A stretch of DNA of 32,000 nucleotides. Origin: Acaryochloris marina S15. GTDB lineage: Bacteria > Cyanobacteriota > Cyanobacteriia > Thermosynechococcales > Thermosynechococcaceae. Position 1 is the stretch's first letter. Each line of letters begins with the position of its first letter. The DNA is taken from positions 2,400,001 to 2,432,000 of the forward strand of contig NZ_CP064923.1 of NCBI RefSeq assembly GCF_018336915.1, read 5' to 3'. Below are positions 26,594 to 32,000 of the stretch, one piece after another. The notes below the pieces were generated by a model. The model had not been told where the DNA came from. It was given only the letters and a program-made list of their open reading frames with translations, and searched no databases. The translations under genes and the position numbers were made by a program.

Positions 26594-27865
26594 CTAAGGC
26601 CGTTCAGTCACTCGATCTGGAATCACGGCCACCGACTGCCAAACCGGTAACAAGTCGTTTTGTAAGACTTCTAACCAAGTGGGCCAATGCTGATCGATAT
26701 GGGCAAGGGTGGCCTGTTTCATCTGGGCTAGCTGATCTGGGTCATGATACAGGGTTGCGATCGCACCCGCCCACGTCTCTGGCAGATCATCTTCAATGAC
26801 GACGCCATCTTCCCCAGACGCCTGCACTGACTGGTACGCTCCGCCATGACTGGAAATAATCACAGGCAACCCAGATGCCTTTGCTTCCACAATCACATTG
26901 CCGATGGTCTCCGTTTGGGAGGGGAACACAAACAGATCCGCACTAGCAAATATGGGACCTAGCTGATCATGGTCAATCGTACCTGTTAGGGTCACATGGT
27001 CTCCAAGGATAGCCTGCACCGCTTGATCGCTACTGCCCTGACCGACGACGAGGGCATGAACGGGTAGACCCTGATCGAGAAGAATTTTGACCGCTTGGGC
27101 AAAGGTGAGGATATTTTTGCAGGCATCTAAGCGCCCCACAAATAACAGCAGAAATTTTCCAGGAGGTAGGCTATAGGTTTGTTCTAGCCCAGGGCGATCG
27201 CGATGGTGGGGATGAAATAAATCCTTATCGATGCCTCGACGGAGGTGAGAAATGTGTGACTGGGGCAAAACGCCATTCACTACCCCAAAGTCAGAGGGCT
27301 GAGCCGTCAACACATGTGCACAAGACTGCCAGTAGCGCTTTTGCCGAGCCACCATCAACTGCTTATACCGCCGGGGGATTTGCAGCTGTTGGGAGAGTAA
27401 ATGGTTGAACCATCCCTGGCCAAACAGTTTTTCCAGGGCCTGTTCCGTATAGATGCGGGAATATTCCGGTGTATCGGTATGAATCGAAGCGATCAGGGGT
27501 TTGCCCTGTTGCTGGCAATATCGTTTGGCCGTCTTCCCAAAAGTGAACTGAGGATGGGTGATATGGACAATATCCAGCTGATCTAAATAGGGAATCAGGG
27601 AAGGATTCGAGGGGGCAATATCTGTATGACCGGGCACATCCTTGAGGAAGGTCAGACGCTCAGTACTAAACCGAGGGGGATGTAAGACATAGCGAACGTT
27701 GGGCGCGAGTTCGATGTCCCGTTCTTGATCACCCAAGAAATGCAGACTTAACTCTAGCTCTTCCGGCAACGTGGCGGCAGCTTTGGCAAAGGATTCCCAG
27801 CATTTCACATGCCCACCTGCGGCTTGGTGCCATCTCAAGTCTATAAAGACCCCAACCGAAACCAT
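26594..27865 (-). CDS. Glycosyltransferase, GT4-like (GT-B fold)
   Basis: 423 aa. The C-terminal half has the retaining GT-B pattern LLFVGRLDACKNI, ADLFVFPSQTETIGNVIVEAKASGLPVI and GEDGVVIE. It is transcribed divergently from the hpnJ-like gene. Confidence 0.75.
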   Translation of the reverse strand: MVSVGVFIDLRWHQAAGGHVKCWESFAKAAATLPEELELSLHFLGDQERDIELAPNVRYVLHPPRFSTERLTFLKDVPGHTDIAPSNPSLIPYLDQLDIVHITHPQFTFGKTAKRYCQQQGKPLIASIHTDTPEYSRIYTEQALEKLFGQGWFNHLLSQQLQIPRRYKQLMVARQKRYWQSCAHVLTAQPSDFGVVNGVLPQSHISHLRRGIDKDLFHPHHRDRPGLEQTYSLPPGKFLLLFVGRLDACKNILTFAQAVKILLDQGLPVHALVVGQGSSDQAVQAILGDHVTLTGTIDHDQLGPIFASADLFVFPSQTETIGNVIVEAKASGLPVIISSHGGAYQSVQASGEDGVVIEDDLPETWAGAIATLYHDPDQLAQMKQATLAHIDQHWPTWLEVLQNDLLPVWQSVAVIPDRVTERP

Positions 27866-28193
27866 ATCTCATCCTTTAACTGATCGTGATCACAGAATAT
27901 CGAGAGGCATTCCCCAATAATGACGTTGCTTACGGACTGAATAAATGGCTGCAAACCGAGCCAGAATGCAATTTAAAACTAACGTTTGGCGCTTCAAGGA
28001 GCAGAACTGCCATAATATCTATCCCGACTGGATAAATCAACTGCAACCGATCCAGGATCGTCCACCAGGTAAAGCTGGTTTTTGATACGCTATGGTTGCT
28101 TCAGTGATCTGGACGCTTGAGGGATGGACCTCAATTGATGTTTCTAACCGAAGAAACTTCCCTGTGACTGCATCTTAAATGAGGAGTGAAACC

Positions 28194-29630
28194 ATGCAGA
28201 AAACCCTATTTTTGAGTCCCCCCTCTTTTGATGGATTTGACGGTGGGGCTGGGGCTCGATATCAGGCCAAGCGAGAAATTACCTCTTTTTGGTATCCCAC
28301 CTGGCTTGCCCAACCGGCAGCCTTGGTACCCGGAAGTAAGCTGATTGACGCGCCTCCCCATGAACAAACTGTTGAGGATGTGCTCAAGGTCGCCAAAGAT
28401 TATGATCTGGTGATTATGCATACCAGCACTCCCTCTTTAGCCAACGATGTTAAATGTGCGGAAGAGATTAAGGCCCAAAAGCCTGGTACTCAGGTAGGTT
28501 TTATTGGCGCTCACGTCGCAGTTTTACCAGAAGAAACCCTGCGGGATAACCCCATCATTGATTTTGTCTGTCGCAGCGAATTTGACTATACATGCAAAGA
28601 TGTGGCCGAAGGCAAACCCCTTTCAGAGATTAAGGGGCTGAGCTATCGTGACCCGGATAATCAAATTCAACATAATCCAGAACGGGACTTAATCCACGAT
28701 TGGGATGCGATGCCCAGTGTTCTTCCCGTTTATAATCGCGACCTGGATATCAAAAAGTATTTCATCGGCTATCTCCTTCATCCCTACATTTCCTTTTATA
28801 CCGGGCGGGGCTGCCCCGCTAAATGCTCCTTCTGTCTGTGGCCCCAAACCATCGGTGGCCATAATTATCGAGCCAAAAGTCCCGAGGCCGTGGGCAAAGA
28901 AATGGAGCAGGCCAAATCTCTGTTTGGGGATACGGTGCGGGAATATATGTTTGATGATGATACGTTCACGATTGATAAACCCCGTGCGATCGCAATTAGT
29001 GAACATCTCAAACGCCTTAAGCTCACCTGGAGCTGCAACGCTCGGGCCAACCTCGACTACGACACCCTCAAGCAATTGCGAGACAACGGACTCCGCCTAT
29101 TGCTGGTAGGTTTCGAGTCTGGGAATCAGGACGTTCTAGACGGCATCAACAAGGGCATCAAACTGGAAGTGGCCCGTAAGTTTATGGCCAACTGCCGCAA
29201 ACTCGGTATCACCGTCCACGGCACCTTTATTATTGGCCTTCCCAACGAAAGTCAAGAAACCATCGAAGAAACGATTCGGTTTGCCTGTGAGGTGAGCCCT
29301 CATACCATTCAAGTTTCGATTGCAGCTCCCTATCCCGGTACAGCCCTTTATGCCCAGGCTCAAGAGAATAACTGGTTTAGCGATACGTCTCTATTAGCAG
29401 AGTCAGGGATTCAAACCTCCACCTTGGCCTATCCCAACCTCTCTAGTGCAGCGATTGAGGATGCAGTAGAACGCATGTATCGTCGCTTCTATTTCCGGCC
29501 CCAAGCCATTATTCCGATTGTGGGTGAAATGCTGGGAGATCCGCAAATGTTGGTCCGCCGCCTACGGGAAGGGCGGGAGTTCTTTGCTTATTTGAAGGAG
29601 CGACAAACCGGCGCAGCAGCTAAAGCTTAA
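28194..29630 (+). CDS. hpnJ: B12-binding-domain radical SAM protein, HpnJ-like (hopanoid side-chain cyclitol ether formation)
   Basis: The ATG at 28194 is preceded by GAGGAG, while the track ORF starts at 28179. The N-terminus MQKTLFLSPPSFDGFDGGAGARYQAKREITSFWYPTWLAQPAA matches my recollection of HpnJ. The radical SAM cluster motif is GRGCPAKCSFCLW (CxxxCxxC). Two genes downstream lies an HpnK-like YdjC gene. Confidence 0.75.
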   Translation: MQKTLFLSPPSFDGFDGGAGARYQAKREITSFWYPTWLAQPAALVPGSKLIDAPPHEQTVEDVLKVAKDYDLVIMHTSTPSLANDVKCAEEIKAQKPGTQVGFIGAHVAVLPEETLRDNPIIDFVCRSEFDYTCKDVAEGKPLSEIKGLSYRDPDNQIQHNPERDLIHDWDAMPSVLPVYNRDLDIKKYFIGYLLHPYISFYTGRGCPAKCSFCLWPQTIGGHNYRAKSPEAVGKEMEQAKSLFGDTVREYMFDDDTFTIDKPRAIAISEHLKRLKLTWSCNARANLDYDTLKQLRDNGLRLLLVGFESGNQDVLDGINKGIKLEVARKFMANCRKLGITVHGTFIIGLPNESQETIEETIRFACEVSPHTIQVSIAAPYPGTALYAQAQENNWFSDTSLLAESGIQTSTLAYPNLSSAAIEDAVERMYRRFYFRPQAIIPIVGEMLGDPQMLVRRLREGREFFAYLKERQTGAAAKA

Positions 29631-29752
29631 GGTTGTCCCCTGGAGGGTTGAGTGGCCTTCTCCATAGAACTTCCCTCCCGCCCAGGAGGGGGGAGTTAGG
29701 GATTTTAGAAACAATGAAATTCAACGTCAGTTAGGGAACCATCTAATACACA

Positions 29753-30640
29753 TTGAAATCATTGGGGGTTATGCAAGTGATGATTAATTTGGGTAGCAGA
29801 GAACATAAGCAACTATTCTGTCGCAGCTTTCTGGACACTTCTTTAGATTACGAACCCGAGAATTTACCCTGGCCGAACCTCGATTCAGTCTCCTTAAAGC
29901 GATTGCGGGGAATCCCTTTTTGGCGGGAAGCGCTTTTAACGGAGAGTGAAGCCGGGGTGATGGTGAGTGCTTTTGCCGAAACGATTTCTGATCCCCTGAT
30001 CAAAGAAGCCGTTGCCCTCCAAGGTCGAGAAGAGCGTCGCCATGCCCGTTTATTACAGCATCTGATTGAGCGGTATGACATTGAAGTGTCGCCTTTACCT
30101 GAAATCACCGTTCCCGAACAGATGGAAACGGCATTCACTGATTTTGGTTTTGGGGAATGTCTGGATTCCTACTTTGCCTTTGGCATGTTTGATTTAGCCC
30201 GCCAAGCCCAGTACATGCCGGAGAGCATGTTCAAAATTTTCGATCCGATTTTGGATGAAGAAGCCCGCCATATTGTTTTCTTCGTGAATTGGGTGACCTA
30301 TCTGCAGATCCAACAGGGCTGGAACCTAGAAGAACTACGCAGTATGAGAGCGTTCTGGCACTATGGCAAGGCCTTGAAAACTTTAATTCAAGCCTTTGGC
30401 AGCAATGGGAATCAGCAGGAAGGGAAACCTTTTACCGCCTCTGAAGCAGGACATTTTATGGACGATTTGACGGCCAATCAGTTCTTTAAGACCTGCTTGG
30501 ATGCCAACCACCAACGCATGGAACGGTTTGATGAGCAATTGCTTCAGCCTCTATTGATGCCTCGGTTATCCAAACTGGCCTTGACCTGTCTGCGTCTATG
30601 GCCCAGCCGCAATCCAGTCCCATCGTTACAGGGAGGCTAA
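29753..30640 (+). CDS. Ferritin-like di-iron carboxylate protein of unknown function
   Basis: 295 aa from TTG 29753, or 289 aa from the more conventional ATG at 29771. Two ExxH motifs are present, REERRHARLL and DEEARHIVFF. Each is preceded by a candidate helix glutamate, in LTESEAGV and FGFGECLD. This is the 4-helix-bundle di-iron ligand pattern. Confidence 0.65.
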   Translation: MKSLGVMQVMINLGSREHKQLFCRSFLDTSLDYEPENLPWPNLDSVSLKRLRGIPFWREALLTESEAGVMVSAFAETISDPLIKEAVALQGREERRHARLLQHLIERYDIEVSPLPEITVPEQMETAFTDFGFGECLDSYFAFGMFDLARQAQYMPESMFKIFDPILDEEARHIVFFVNWVTYLQIQQGWNLEELRSMRAFWHYGKALKTLIQAFGSNGNQQEGKPFTASEAGHFMDDLTANQFFKTCLDANHQRMERFDEQLLQPLLMPRLSKLALTCLRLWPSRNPVPSLQGG

Positions 30641-30670
30641 GATGCCAAATGAGATTAGGGTAGGGTTGCC

Positions 30671-31546
30671 ATGACATCCCCACGATATGTAATTGTCAAT
30701 GGCGATGACTTTGGGTTTTCCCACGGGGTCAATGAAGGTATTATTCAGGCCCATACCGAAGGCATTCTCACCAGTACCAGCTTGATGGTGACGGGGGAGG
30801 CAGTTGAAGAAGCGGTTGACCTGGCCAAACAGCATCCGAGTCTGGGGGTGGGTCTCCATGTCGTTTTGGGCTGTGGCAAAGCCGCCCTGCCGCCTGATCA
30901 AATTCCTCATCTAGTGGATGAGCAGGGGCGGTTTCCAGATAATCCGGCCCAGGCAGGTTGGCGATACTACTTCAATCAGGCCGCTCGGCAAGAGCTGTAT
31001 CAAGAAATTGAGGCCCAACTGCAGCATTTCCTCGCCACAGGCTTGCCCCTATCCCATGTGGATGGGCATTTGCACCATCATGCTAATCCCGCAGTCCTGG
31101 ACGTCTTGATGGCTTTGGCACCGAAATATAACATCCCCATTATCCGGCTTCCCCATGAGGAGTTGACCTATACCTTGAAAGCAGATTCCCAGGGCTGGCT
31201 AGGGAAGGGACTGGGCTGGTCCGTGTTTCGGCTGCTGCGCCATCATGGGGAGCAGGTGCTGACCGCCCAAGGGATACGGTATGCTGAGCGGGTCTACGGG
31301 CTATTGCAATCCGGTTCAGTGACAGAGTCCTATCTGTTGGGGTTAATTCCCCAAATTCAGGCCAATGTCATAGAGCTATATGCCCATCCTGCGATCCCAT
31401 ATCCCCACGAACCGATCAATGGGCCTGAAGGAGCGGGAGAGCGGGAGCTGGCGGCGTTGCTGAGTCAGTCTGTGAAAGCCCAGCTTCAATCTAGTGGATT
31501 TCAATTAACCAATTATCCTGAACTCATCGCTTCAGCTGCATTTTGA
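30671..31546 (+). CDS. hpnK: YdjC-family deacetylase, HpnK-like
   Basis: 291 aa. YdjC signatures are VIVNGDDFGFSHGVNEGIIQAHTEGILTSTSLMV and LSHVDGHLHHH. It sits in a cluster with an HpnJ-like gene. Confidence 0.75.
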   Translation: MTSPRYVIVNGDDFGFSHGVNEGIIQAHTEGILTSTSLMVTGEAVEEAVDLAKQHPSLGVGLHVVLGCGKAALPPDQIPHLVDEQGRFPDNPAQAGWRYYFNQAARQELYQEIEAQLQHFLATGLPLSHVDGHLHHHANPAVLDVLMALAPKYNIPIIRLPHEELTYTLKADSQGWLGKGLGWSVFRLLRHHGEQVLTAQGIRYAERVYGLLQSGSVTESYLLGLIPQIQANVIELYAHPAIPYPHEPINGPEGAGERELAALLSQSVKAQLQSSGFQLTNYPELIASAAF

Positions 31547-32000
31547 TCAATTTCCTACTTATTGTCTTCCTCATCTCCACTCAAGTGCTCGGTGATATTT
31601 GGCTGAGTCGGGGAATGAAAGTATTTGGTGAGATCACGTCTTACCATCCCGAGGCATTAGGGCAGCTAGTCGGCTATTTATTCACCAGCCCTTGGATTGG
31701 GATGGGGGTCGTCACCCTCACCATCTCTATGCTCATTTATCTCGTTTCCCTCACCCGACTAGATATGAGCTTCGTGCTGCCCATGCACGCTTTTAGCTAT
31801 GTTCTCAATGCCCTCATGGCTTGGCTGATCTTAAAGGAGCCGGTCTCTTTGGCCCGTTGGTTAGCGGCGATTTTTATCTCCTTGGGGGTGTTTATTGTGG
31901 GCTGGAGTAAGCGCATTGACGATCGCAAGGCTCAGTCACCGCAAGAATCCGATCCCAATATAAAATCCTCCTTGCTGCTGCTGCTTCCCTTGAGTTTCTC
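31543..32000 (+). CDS. EamA/DMT-like small membrane protein (3' end runs off the window)
   Basis: This ORF is not in the supplied track because it is open at the window edge. The TTG at 31543 overlaps the hpnK stop (TTGA). Translation gives LINFLLIVFLISSTQVLGDIWLSRGMK...YLVSLTRLDMSFVLPMHAFSYVLNALMAWLILKEPVSLARWLAAIFISLGVFIVGW. This resembles 4-TM EamA-like proteins. The start codon is uncertain. Confidence 0.6.
   Translation, partial: MINFLLIVFLISTQVLGDIWLSRGMKVFGEITSYHPEALGQLVGYLFTSPWIGMGVVTLTISMLIYLVSLTRLDMSFVLPMHAFSYVLNALMAWLILKEPVSLARWLAAIFISLGVFIVGWSKRIDDRKAQSPQESDPNIKSSLLLLLPLSF

Noticed and set aside
26509-26799. 96-aa + strand ORF
   Set aside because: It is antisense to the 3' end of the GT4 gene and extends into the intergenic gap. 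It has no motifs.

Overview
All calls were made by eye from the sequence and the ORF track. No database search or computation was run, so family names rest on recognised motifs. The window looks like a cyanobacterial chromosome segment. Evidence: repeated HIP1 palindromes (GCGATCGC), a BicA-type SulP transporter, and Rcp-type response regulators. Layout: (1) 1-11.3 kb is a dense light/redox signalling cluster. It holds a multi-PAS histidine kinase plus an Rcp-like receiver. These converge on an Agp2-type bacteriophytochrome (PAS-GAF-PHY-HWE kinase-REC) with its own receiver. Transcribed divergently from the phytochrome are a 1503-aa CheB-CheR-PAS-kinase fusion and a small PAS/coiled-coil protein. 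(2) 11.6-14.2 kb holds a decayed DDE transposase about 50 bp upstream of a bicA-like gene. (3) 14.2-23.3 kb looks like accessory DNA. It holds a divergent long-form SelO whose ORF ends Cys-Ser-Ser-TGA, a 290-bp MITE-like element with 28-bp perfect terminal inverted repeats, and a four-gene type IV minor-pilin operon (PilX-, PilV-, GspH/FimT- and PilW-like). The operon sits between two AT-rich ORF-free regions. A leaderless GH16 glucanase with RTX repeats follows. (4) 23.6-26.5 kb holds an orphan sensor kinase, tRNA-Arg(CCG) and a His-rich COG0523 GTPase. (5) 26.6-32 kb holds a GT4 glycosyltransferase divergent from a hopanoid side-chain cluster (hpnJ, ferritin-like di-iron protein, hpnK, EamA-like membrane protein). 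The best candidates for something new are the di-iron protein inside hpnJ-hpnK, the SelO Cys-X-X-TGA terminus, the atypical minor-pilin set with long leader peptides, and the HWE-type bacteriophytochrome. No CRISPR array, rRNA or recognisable defence system was seen.
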